A stretch of 64,000 nucleotides of DNA from Yuukianura sp. NJ FZ-2021 (lineage: Eukaryota): assembly GCA_046563655.1 (NCBI GenBank), contig CM102290.1, positions 11,656,001 to 11,720,000 on the forward strand. Direction: 5' to 3'. Positions 36,534 to 48,587 of this stretch are shown here, piece by piece. Each line of letters starts with the position of its first letter. The stretch's first letter is position 1. Position numbers and translations under genes: made by a program. Below the pieces are notes generated by a model that worked only from the letters and a program-made list of their open reading frames with translations, made no database searches and was not told the origin of the DNA.

Positions 36534-39500
36534 ATGCCACCGTCGGTGGAGCAGGAAGTCCCGCCGCTGCCGTTCAATCCCTTTTACTTCACCAAAGTTG
36601 GGCCAATCAGGTACGGTTGCTATTTGCCCGGAAATACAGTAATTTGCAATTTTTATCAGAGATTTTCACTACAATTATTGTTCCGTTTCGTAATTCCTCG
36701 AAGATTTCTGTCCTCGGAAGCTACGCATCCATGCTAAGCATTGCAATGAAACAACGTTATTATCAGTTTATTGATTGATAGTTAATTGGCTTCGTATTCG
36801 TCTGTCTAGGTCTACAACTGCAGATGCTGCTGCAGCATCCAATCCGGAACCGGAACAGTCAGTAACAGTTACAAAATGGACGGAATCGGCCCAAGAGCAA
36901 ACAAGAGACTCGCGACGGGAAGGGCTCATTCGATTGATTAGCAACAAGGGCGGGGTAGCCGTTGGTCCAGAAGAATTCCTTCAGTTTGGTGGAGTTCAGA
37001 TAGGGTCACCGGTCACAAAGAGCCTCATCATTCAGAACACTACGGCAAAAGGAATACTGCTCAATTCAATCAATGTTCATGGAATTCAGAACGTTTGTAT
37101 GTTCGTGGCTACGACCATCCGGAAACGAGAGTCGGAGTCCATCTTGGCATACATTGAACCTGGAGGGACTTATGTCGTCAATGTAAGCAACCATTTTTCT
37201 AAATCCTCGCCTATACCTCGCGCGTAACTAACGATTTCGGGCTCTTGGTAGATTGTGGTATTACAAATACTGACTGAACGTATACGCTGAAGCTCTCTTC
37301 TGTTTTAACAGGTTACTTGTACGGCGCATATGATGGGGAAAACCATGGATTTCATGGTTCTGGAGTTCTCTCATTGTCAAATTGGTCGTTTGCTGAAGGC
37401 AACTGCCTTGTCTGCCGAAGTTGACTTAGTCAACGAAATAAAAATGCGAGACCTGGCTACTGGCTTTAGAGCTAAACATTCGTGGCAGGAAGTCAGTGAA
37501 AATGCTTTGGCCAGGATCATGGACGATAAGAAGCTGGAACTCGTCCAGGGCATCAACCCCATTCGCCAGCCCTTCTTTTGTCAGAAACGTATGAAGCAAT
37601 ACAATATTCCCGGTTACCTTTGGGATATTGTGGCTGGAGATGATGAAGACCAGTTGCTCAGGAAGCATCCAAACATCGCCCACGATTTGAATATGACTAA
37701 TTACCTGGTTCGTTTATGTTAATTTTAAGTTTACATTGTTTGACATGTAAAGTTTCTGTTTTCTTTGGCAGGATAAGTTCCAAGTTGGTTTGTGGCTGGA
37801 GGAGATGGACAATATTATCATCCGGAGGCAGTATGACTTGGAAGACATAATCTTGCAACCTGCTGGCGCATACATGAAGTTTGAAGTACCTGGTCTGAAG
37901 GATATTCGACCTCCTCTGGTCGCTGGTGATCCAATTCTTGTTATTCACGACCAGGGTATGTGAAACTGCACTCAACTCACTAACATTAGCCTATTCAAAC
38001 TGGATATTGTTTCGATTCCTTTCAGCCCGCAAGAAATATAAAGCATTCATTTTCGAAATGAAAGATGACATGATTTACACGAAGCTGCCTGAGGAATTTG
38101 CAACCAAATGTCGCAATACCCCAGTCAGAATTGAATTTCGCCAAGGTAGATCCGTGTACAAACGGTGTCATTTTGCTGTGGAACATTCCATTGGATACTT
38201 GGGTGAGGATTGGCTCTTCCCAAACGACAATGTCGAAATCAAGAAGCCTAGGATTTCGTTCATTGAGGTTGACGATAGTCCATTACCATCGGAATCCACT
38301 TCAGCATCTCTTGACAATCAACCAGGACAAACTACTAAGGCGGTAAACGATTATTTTTGAAAAATCACTAATAGCTCATGACACCCATTGAAGAACTAAT
38401 ACCATGTGAACATTTCTAGCAGCCGAATGCAAAGCGCCTGTTTGTATTTCGGAGACCATCTACTGCTGCATTGAGAGTCGAACGATTCAGTCCATTTCGG
38501 AAAGATAGGACAATTGACAAAAGGCTGCCCAGCATTATGGACACATTCAAAAGCAACACTCGTGGACCAAGCACACAAACAGTGTGTCTTAGCTGGTTCA
38601 ACAAGGTACTGAACAACGAACAGAAAAATGCTGTTCGTGGGATTTTGCGCGGAGAGTGTCGGCCTCTGCCATACGTAAGTCAGACGTTAGTTCATGAGCT
38701 CACTTACGTTGTACTGGGTACATTTTTATTTGGAATTTCGCAACTTCTAGATTATCTTTGGACCACCAGGAGCAGGAAAGACAGTGACCATTGTGGAATC
38801 CGTTTTGCAAATTTATAAGCTAGACAAATTTTCACGGTAGGCTAATCAATTATTGCGTAGAATTTGGGTTTTGCATTGGGATTGATTTGTCTTTTCAGAA
38901 CTTTGGTCGTTGCTTCTTCCAATTCTGCCGTTGACAGGATTGCCGAACAATTGGTCAGTTCTGGACAATTTGCCGTTGGAGATTTCGTGCGTCTCATTGG
39001 ATATCTCAGAGTGGAGAGCCAGATACCGGAGAGCGTTCGGCCATTTTGCATGGACGGAGATCATCTTGCCAATGTCGCTGGTCATCGCCTTATTGTGTCG
39101 ACTTGCACCACTGCTGGGCAGTTTCATCAGCTCAACTTAGAGGCTGGTCACTTCACGCATGTTTTTATTGATGAAGCTGGCTACTGCACTGAGCCTGAAG
39201 CACTTGTAGCTGCCTCGCTTGTGGCACTTCGACACTCTGGACAGGTTAGTTCACCAATAGCTTATACTTCTTGCTACACAGATACTTGGGCAGCACTTTT
39301 TCATAACTGTTATGCTTTTGCAGTTGGTGTTGGCAGGAGATCCGAAGCAACTAGGACCAGTTCTTATGAGTCCAGCGGCACGAACTTGTGGACTATCGCT
39401 GTCCCTTCTAGAACGACTCATGTCTTGTACAATCTATGCTAGGAATGAAGAGGGATTCCCAGTGGAGCATTACAATCCAGCAGTCATTACGAAACTTGTA

Positions 39501-40641
39501 AAGAACTACCGAGCTCATGCCACCTTGTTAGAACTGCCGTCTTCACTTTTCTATGATGGAGAGCTTGAGGCTGCCGCTGAAGAGGAGTCCGTCAGTCTAT
39601 ACAAGTCGCTGGACTTTATGAAACATCGTGATTCGCCGCTGCTGTTCCATGGAATCCAAGGCAACGCTGGCAGAGACAAAATGTCTCCAAGCTGGTTCAA
39701 TATGGCCGAAGTTATTCAAGTTATTGACTATGTGCGCAGATTGAGGCAAAATGGGGTGGACAACAAGGATATTGGAATCATCACACCTTATCGAAAACAG
39801 GTTAATTGAGATAGTCTAACTTAATTAATTGTTAGTTAACTGACATAGTTTCTTATTTTAGTTAACTATCTTATATTTGTATTGCTTCTAGGTTGAAAAG
39901 ATCCGCAAAGCTCTCCAACTTATACTTCGCTCCGATACAGACGACCTTCCACGGATTGGCTCCGTTGAGGAATTCCAAGGAGATGAACGTCAAGTGATCA
40001 TTCTGTCACTCGTACGTTCAAATTGGCGTAAGGATGAGTTGGACGAAGTTGATATCCATGGAAACCAAGATAATTTGAAATTTATCTTCTCCGATAAGCG
40101 ATTCAACGTTGCCATCACGCGAGCCAAGTCTGCTCTCATCGTTCTGGGCAATCCCCACGTTCTCATCAAGGATCCAACTTGGAACAGTTTCATTAAACAC
40201 TGTATAGCGCAAGGCTCTTACATCGGTTGCAACCTTCCGGCGAATCTACAGTTTAGACCGACTACTCTCAACCTCTGTACTCCCCAACTACTACCATCAT
40301 CGTCCACTGAAAGTCTTGCAGAAGTTTGGAGACAAGCATCTACTCCAGTTTCGCCAATTTCTCCAGTGGGGCAAGGATTTGGCAACATCTTTCGCGGGAT
40401 TATGCAGTTTACGAATTCCATAACGTTGGCTACTGCAGCTTCTGTTTTCAACTTCCCACGGTCCAGGACCCCTTCTATCATTTCAACGTCCTTGACCCCC
40501 ACCAGTATTTTTTCGTCCTTGACCCCCACTAGCATTTTGTCGTCAAGGACAACCACCCCATCGGAAAGTGAAGCGGAACGAGGATTCGACAGCGAAGCGG
40601 ACTCTGGAACAAACACTGACTTAAGCGACGAAGTGGACTAA
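36534..40641 (+). CDS. Armitage/MOV10L1-type SF1 (UPF1-like) RNA helicase, 10 exons, ~1086 aa
   Basis: LNNEQKNAVRGILRGECRPLPY|IIFGPPGAGKT, VFIDEAG, LAGDPKQLGP, SLLERL, KLVKNYR, SWFNMAE, GIITPYRKQV, GSVEEFQG, KRFNVAITRAK. Exons 36534-36610, 36810-37182, 37312-37707, 37772-37955, 38026-38342, 38420-38674, 38751-38836, 38899-39244, 39324-39800, 39892-40641. Confidence 0.9.
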
Positions 40642-41443
40642 ACTGGGTTACACCGAATGAATGAATGCGTGATTTTTTTGAATGTGTGACCTTGCCCCTC
40701 TTGGAGCTTTTCCTAAAGTATTTTTGAGTTAGTTTTCACAATAATTTTAGTTTTGTACTGGCTATTTAGTCGTAAGTTTTAGTTTTAGTCATTCGCTGAA
40801 GTAGGTGCAAGATTGAGTTTTAGTTTGCGTTCACTTGCGCAGCTAATTCTGATTTTTAGAGTAATTCGATGTGTTTTCTAACTTTATATGACCAACGATC
40901 TTAACATACTTACTTTTCTGTTTTTTTACAAGTTTATCCATGTGACAATAAGGCATTTAGGTTTAGAAACATTTAGATTCTGAGGGTGGTCTTGGTCTCA
41001 TGCCAGTATTTTTTTTTGTTTACCCTGTTCCGTGTATAGTACTCAATTTTGACAAATTAAACTGTAGAATTAGAATTGATGCAGTTGCATGCAGTTTGTA
41101 CGTTTCACTTGAACTACGGTATAAAGTTGGAAATTGTCGGGACCAATTCGATTTCGAAGTTCCAAATCGAATTGCTCACGCCAATTTTGAAAATGGTTTG
41201 GTAGATTTTAAGTGTTTTGGTTTTGATTTTGGTAGATTTTATGTTAATACAATTTGTTTATTTGACTTGCGCACTACAAATCGGAGTCGTGAAAACCGTT
41301 GTCCAAAGACAAACTTCACTTGTTCACTGTGAGGTAAAATGGAACAGAGGGAACTTAAAACGATCGAACCTGAATCACTGGACTGCGTCTGCGTAACTCG
41401 TTCTTCCAAGATTTAAAATAAATGCGGAAAGAAAGTGAGCTAA

Positions 41444-42765
41444 TTAGCTCCGGTTGAGCCGATTGCCCCAACCACGACGATGCATATCCTTATACTCGTC
41501 CATTGCTTGTTGCTGAGCTCTGCGAGTCTCGTCGTCGGCTTCTTCAAGAGCCTCTTCCCTCACTTGGTCACTTTCAGTATCCGCAGTAGGTTGATTCGTA
41601 TCAGCTACTGTAGTTGGTTTGGCCCAAATACCTTTGGCTACACGGTCTCGATACAGTTCTTCCACGGTCATCACAGGAAGTGACGGGTAGCCTTTCCCGA
41701 ACACCTTCTTCTCTACGTCGGATTTGGTGATGATGAATGTCTCAAATGGAAGTTGTGATTTTCGGGGTTGTGATGGAACAGAGGCTGTTTCTTGCTTTTC
41801 CTGTTCTGCGTGAGATGCTAAAAGTTCTTTTTCGGCGTAGATGGATTCCAGCTCGGCCTCAGCGTCTAAGGCATATTTCTGAAGAAGGCTCACGTACAAC
41901 TCTTGGGTGGTAATAGGATCATCACTACCAACAATCTATGAAACGAAAAGATATCAAATCAAGTTAGTAAAGTACAAAAAGATTCATTAACAAGTTGACA
42001 TTCGGAGTCTTACCTCTTCAGTTTCTTTCAGTAGCTTTATCTTGTCTTCCAGCTCTTTTCCTTTCTTGAATCGCTCAATCTTCAATTGCCGATTAAGATT
42101 TCCAGATGGAAGTTGAGGTTTAGATGAAGGAGCGCTTGATGTCGTTCCATCATCGCCGCCTCCTCCTGATGAATCTCGCTCGCGTTTCAAGCTAAGAATT
42201 CTAGGAGGGGTCTGCAGTATTCCACAGTCGATTAGTCGTTCCAGAAAATCCACGAAATATACTTCAGCTACATCGCAAATATCCTTGCGTTCATGTCCAC
42301 CTTTCTGTTGCCAAACTGCTCCAAGGAAGTACGGCAGAAGCAGGAACTTGAGACTCTTTGGATCCATTTCTTCGTAGAGTTCATTCTTAGAAAACATTTC
42401 GACACTGGACACAGAGCGAGTCAGATCCTCTAGATTAGCTTGAAGCGATAGGACTCCATCCTGAAACGATAAAGAGAAAATTCTACTTTTCTTTACCATA
42501 CCGATTATCGAAATACTCGTGATAATTTCATGTCTTGATACACAGATCTCTGGATCCCCAGAATGCCAGAATCCCAGTTGGCCAGTGGTCGCCAGAAGCT
42601 AACACTTGGCATTCAGAAATATCATTCACAATTAATTAGTTACCAATTAATTACCTTCTTTCCGTCTTTTGATGCAAAAAGTCCTTCTCCGTTCAGTAAT
42701 TGTTGCATAGCCTCCTCCGCAGAATCGAACTCTTCCGAAAGTGTTTTGTCTCTCGTCTTATTCAT
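41444..42765 (-). CDS. IGBP1: Immunoglobulin-binding protein 1 / alpha4 / TAP42 (PP2A regulator)
   Basis: Exons 42765-42655, 42460-42014 and 41935-41444; motifs MFSKNELYEEM..LKFLLLPYFLG, RQLKIERFK, VFGKGYPSLPVMTVEE, MDEYKDMHRRGWGNRLNRS. Confidence 0.93.
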
Positions 42766-43535
42766 TTTAACGACAAAGCCCAAGAGGTCAAAAGTTCAGC
42801 CTATATTTCAGTATCGACAGTCACTGGAGTCTTCTAATGGAATTGGTAAATTATCGTTTCGAATACGATTAGTACTTTGATTTACTAACTACAATAAGAT
42901 CTACGGTTCATTTTTCTGCTGACTTTTTAGTTTTTAATTTTTTATTTTTGACTTTTTACCCGAATGAAAATCTTCTCCCGCGCATGTAAAAACTATACAG
43001 TTGCGTCGCGTTGAAAGCAAATTGTAATTACAATTAGTGAATGAGTTATCAGAATTAATGAATTACTAATTAACTTTATCCGTACACAAACCCTGACACT
43101 ATGGTGGAGAGAGAAAAAAGTAAGGTTAAAGTTAACTTCCAGACCGATACACACATTTTACACTCCTTAATTTCTAAAAACCTCCAGATGCTAGTTCAAC
43201 CAATTCATAAAGAATCATAGTAATTAGACATCAAATTAAGATGAAGTAATTAGTTTGAAAATGAACAATTTTATAGCACGTAATGCTTTATTCTTTTAAA
43301 TAACCTTGACATAGAATTTGAAAATAATGAAAATTTTACGTTGTTCATACTTTTAAATTCGTTAACTCGAAGATGAAAAAACCGTTTCAACCGTTTTGCA
43401 ACTTGTTAAAACCGAATTTAGTTAGTTAAACGTAGTGAAGTTGGTGTCCTTATGAGAATATACGTTGAGAAGTTGCGGATATGGGGATTACTGATTAACC
43501 GCAGTTCGATTATAGCCTTCAATCGAGTACACCTT

Positions 43536-45015
43536 TCACTGAATTTCTGCAAATTCGTAGTGCCCAGTACCTTTAGCATGCTGAGTAGCTTCCTCTGAAC
43601 TACGCAGTCCCTTCTCACACACTTGGCATCTGAGCTTGAAGTTGTTCACATCAGTGTACTGGTGGGCTAAGTTAGCCTCCCTCCCAAGATCCATCACTTG
43701 ATCAAAAATACTTGAGTCGTCCACTGGGAAAATTGTAATGATTCTGCTACCCTGAAAAAAAAACCAAAATATGTAAAGTGAGTTGTAAACATACTTTCTT
43801 CTAATTCTGCTATAGAGTTTGAGAGATTTTACATCGTAAGATTCTAGGTACAAGGCGTCGTAATGAATCCCGTCGTAAATCAGGAAAATACAGTAACCGT
43901 AGTCCTTGTCTTCTCCAAATCGGTTGAGCCGCAGATGCTGCGTGTCCATAACGTTAATCTGAAGACCAAAATGAGCCGACAAAATTGCCAATTCGATACC
44001 GCCTCCCCAAGAATCCAGTCGTGAGATCCAGTCGACGTAATCTCGATTTGATCTACCAAGAAAACCGTCGTTGTAGACAGCAGGATCCTCTGTGACCGTT
44101 TTGGCAATCAGTCCTCGCAGCTCAACAGACGACGTATTTTCAATGCCTTGAATGAAAACAAAGCATAAATGTTTCTCTGATCCTAAAAATGCACTTCATT
44201 CTTAGAGTAAACGAATTAATACCCGTTCTGCAAAATGTAATAGCAGAAAAGAGACAGGAGTTGTCCGAGGGAATGACTTTCCGCATAACAACTCCAGTAG
44301 TTCCTAATGGTACTAGCGACGTATTAGAATTAGGCGACTGTGATGCAGGAGAATCGAGATGTTGATTGACGGGGACATGGCCATGACTTGCTGATTCAGC
44401 ACCAGTACTTGAGCTAATATTGGAAGTTAACCCAGTTGACCCTATACTGAAACCCGTGGATTCAGTCTTTCGCACGTTAGTGGAATCGGTGATTCGCAGT
44501 TTGGAAGAAGTTGTAGTAACAACCGGCACTGGATTTCTTGATGCTGGGCCAGAGGTCGTTTTGATGGAATTACTAAACGAACTTCCTCCTGTCGAGTTGA
44601 CACCGTACGGCATTGAATCTGTAAAAAGAAGACAATTTACTAGTAAAAATGTCTCGAGGTTCAGAAATACCTCGTTAATCATAATCATCAAATCCATACA
44701 TGACCCTGTGGAAGACATTTGTGACCGATCTCCACCGGGATTCCCAGTCTTGTCTAACTCGACGATTATTGTATCCTGATTAACGATTCCTAAGGACTGC
44801 AAGGTCATTGATTGGTCGTAGTGTATCCGCTTTGGAGGAAATCCACGGAGAAGGGCCATTTCAGTTTCAGGGATTTTAGTCAACGTGGACAGCTCTTGCA
44901 GGAATTGTCCGACCTTCTTCTGGGACGAAACGTCTCGGAGCGTAAGGTTCTGAGATAAGCGACATTTTACACGGATCGTCAACTTCTCTTCGGGTACAAG
45001 ACTTGGATCTTCCAT
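43536..45015 (-). CDS. YOD1: OTU1/YOD1 deubiquitinase (UBL + OTU + C2H2 zinc finger)
   Basis: N-terminal UBL-like region (LLRGFPPK, LGIVNQDTIIVE), catalytic IPSDNSCLFSAI, WGGGIELAILS, YDGIHYDAL, C-terminal CQVC...HAKGTGH. ATG at 45015; several short introns. Confidence 0.92.
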
Positions 45016-45981
45016 TTCCACTGGGCTTAGTCTGTAACCAAAAATTAACGTAAGTAAACTCAATGAAGATATTTCAGACACGGGTATTAAAACGCTATAC
45101 ACAAACGTTTATAATTATCATTTTGATTTACTTACGTGTGGGGAATACTTTTAACTTTCCAGTGGCACACTGACGGGTTGTTGGCTCAATCGGGACAATG
45201 ACCTCTCGGTTCAACAGGCAGCAACTTTTCGAAATATGGTCACCAGCTGACTACTGAAGACCAATTTTGTGGTAATTCGTTGTGCTGATTACGGAATTAC
45301 TGGATGTCAACCTTCCAATTACCTTTCCAGAAATTTTGTCAGACAGAACAAATTTGGCGACTGCCGAGCTCTAAATTAGTGACTGATGTGTTTACCGTAT
45401 CTCCTAAAAAACATAAACAAGTCTCACTTTTTACTTTCCGTTGTTTTCACATGGAGATGCCAATGAATATTTTTTTCATTTGAGTGTTAATCATTGGTGG
45501 GATACCACCATCATGTGATTAACTCCCACCAGAGAGAAGGGGATATAAGTTACTTAAATAGTCAATTAGTCATGTCACCCACACGTTGAAACCGTGTGTC
45601 GACATTTCGTAAAAGTCACCCGAAAGGTCACCAACCGATAAGAATCCACTTTGTTCCAGGACTAGAAACAATAAAAAGTTAATTGGAATTTAGTAAAAAT
45701 TAAATAACTTTATTATACAGATCCACTGGGAGTAGCATCTAAAAACCTCCTCCCAATATATCAAATTACGATTTGCGATCACTCTATCGATTGAGGAGTT
45801 TTCAACAGGAATTGATTGCGCAAAAAGAGTGAAGGAAGTTAACAAACGACTTCTTAATAAAATAACCTTTAAAATGTTTTAAATTTTAAAAAGTCAGTGA
45901 TTGGATAGGTTGTGGGAACAAATCCCTTCAAGAAGAGCCCACTTAATTTCGTACATTTGGCGACAACTGTAAAGGCTCCCT

Positions 45982-46801
45982 TTAGCATTCATTCCCGATG
46001 GCTGACATTTGCTGCCCCCCAAATGGAACTACCAAGTCTTCATTGTTGGAGACACGGATGGAGTTGAGTGCTTCTTCTACTTCGTTCAAAGCCCATTCCA
46101 TCTAGAACAACAGTTGAATCAAGTTTAGTTTTCAGCTAAAAGCTGATGCTACGTAATTTAATACAATTGACTGGAATCAATTTCTTACAAGCTCAGCGTC
46201 TTCTTCTGAAATTAAATCTGCCCCCAGATGCTTCTCTGGATTTGGAACGTCGCCGAGTAGATTGGGCACAGGTCGAAGAAGTGAAGGTGAGAGCGATTGA
46301 ATCTTTAAATGGTAGAGACGCGTCCGATCCTGGTACTCGCGCTGATCCAAAGAGTGAGACGCAGAACCCGAAACGTCAATCATTGCTGCTGCTGTTTCCT
46401 GCAGTATCTTTGCCAGTTCATCTTCTTGGCCTTTCATAGATAAGCCATCTTGAGAGACTCCAACTTGCATAGAATCGCTAAGTAAATAGATAAATTAGTA
46501 CACAATTCCTTCCAACTTAATTCCATACCATATCCTTGTATTGGATTCTCACCTATGTGGAACACGCAAAACAGGAGTCGAGTTGCTAACTGGATCCCGA
46601 AGCAGTTGGGCACGATCTCCATTTTCTACACTCTGCAATTCAGAAAGAATTTAACGTTATTAAAGCAGTCAACGTCGCATATCGTCTTACATAAGCACTG
46701 ACATGCTGATAGTTATCTGCAGGTCAATTATCAGGCAAATATTGTGCCAATTTTCTTACCTGTGTTTCGTCTTCTTCGTTGCAGCTGAAACAACAGCCCA
46801 T
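45982..46801 (-). CDS. LAMTOR1: Ragulator complex protein LAMTOR1 (p18), ~176 aa
   Basis: MGCCFSC myristoylation/palmitoylation N-terminus; exons 46801-46760, 46632-46553, 46477-46189 (LAKILQETAAAMIDVS) and 46101-45982 (NEDLVVPFG). Confidence 0.88.
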
Positions 46802-48587
46802 TTTCATGGCTCTATGACACCTTTATCTTTATCTCTTCTCAATCAGTACTGCTGAAATTTATGCAGCGGCGACAAGGGCGTCGAAACGGTCAGGTGAACT
46901 TGATCTCCAAATGCTCCTGCAATAGTACATAAATAAAAGTGATTACAACAACTGAAATCACCCAAAAATAATTGGTCTACAGATGATTCACCTGTTACGT
47001 AACCCCTGAAAAGTCCTTGAACTCTACCCTTATGGAATCGGAAGGCGGTGTCCCGCACAAAGGCAGATGACCTCGCAAACTTGAACTGACAACAAAACTG
47101 TTACCAGTGACCCCTAGACCTTATCTTACAGATTCCGATACATCTATAAACTACGGACTAAACAGCTGATTACTCAATGTACTCATACCTAATTAAAAAT
47201 GAAAATTCCAAATTATGAAAAACGCAAACTGCCAAAAGCCAAAGAAGAAACAAACAAAAAGTTTTTGTATTTTTCCAGTTTTACAAGTTTTCGCGCGCAG
47301 ATTGTTCCTCCAATCACAGCTCATACCTGGGCATATTACTTTAATTAATTGGTTAACTTTAATCAACTATGTCAATTAAATCTATTTAATTAACTTAAAT
47401 TGAAGTATTAGTGTTACTTAATGCGTTAATTTAATTTGTCTGTTTTATTCACTTATTTGCCATTTATTACTCCGCATAAATCTAACTAATGCCCAGATAT
47501 CCTTGAGGATTTGGTGGTTGCGAGGAACTGCTTGTCCAACTCTTTTGTGACATTTTTATGCAAATGAGTTTGTTGGCTCTTTGGACATGACATGGACATA
47601 TTTGTTCCTTCTTTCCATCTTTTGTGTCCGGCATGAAGCAATACGGTAATCAGTTGTCTTTCAATAACCAGACCACTGTAAGACTGTAACTAATTAGATT
47701 CGAAGTAATCCACTACAAGAATCGGTCTGCCATTGGCGTATTTCGTTTTATACAAGGTCGTCGGTCAATCGTAATTTTCTGTTTTCTCCTCTGTCAATGT
47801 CGCCAGTTTGTTACAGTTGATGGCAAAAGGAAGTTTAGCAACTAGCAAATCATCGTTTCAGTCACATAGGGACTGACGCTGGGACGCGAGTGGTCGCATC
47901 ATATCGATTGTTAATCGGTGTTGGTGTGCTTCTTCAATCCGAAGGTAATAAGGTAATCATCGCACTTTTATCAGATATTTTTGACATTAACTTATTGTAT
48001 TTTCCAGTGTTAGTAGGCATGAGAGACTGATTAGTAAATTACTAATGGTATAAGCATTCTTTAACTGTAATTTGTCAGTTATAAGTGCAGCAACTACATT
48101 GGTCTGCAATGAGATGATTTAGGGGAGGCCTGAAGTAATTCTATAGCATGGCAAATTACACAAGCGTTGATTGAATATCCAGCAAAGTGGCTAAATCTTA
48201 CAAAATAAGCGGATTAATCTTTCTACAAGTGTTCGTAAAATGAAAGATTCCGTTCCCCTAGTCTCTTGTTATGTTCTTAACGTTGCATGCCTCCTTAGAA
48301 TTTCGTGAACATGATCTAAAGTACTTCCCCTTTCGGGCAGTGTGTGCCAGTATTTGGACTTGTAACTTAACTGCTTATTCTGGTTTATCTTTCAGGAGGA
48401 TTGCAGCTCGTGTTCGTGTCGGCTTCATTTCTTTTGGACATCAGCCGCTTTCTTACTGCTAAGGAAACGACTACATACGTTATCAATTGGAGGGAACAAT
48501 TCTCAATTCACTGAAAAGAAGTCTGAATCAAGGCCTACTCTCTGGACACTCAACTGTATCTAATACCTCCATTTCAACCAATCAAAT

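Noticed and set aside
40218..40616. 132-aa antisense ORF over the helicase tail
   Set aside because: Shadow ORF of a low-complexity Ser/Thr-rich coding region.
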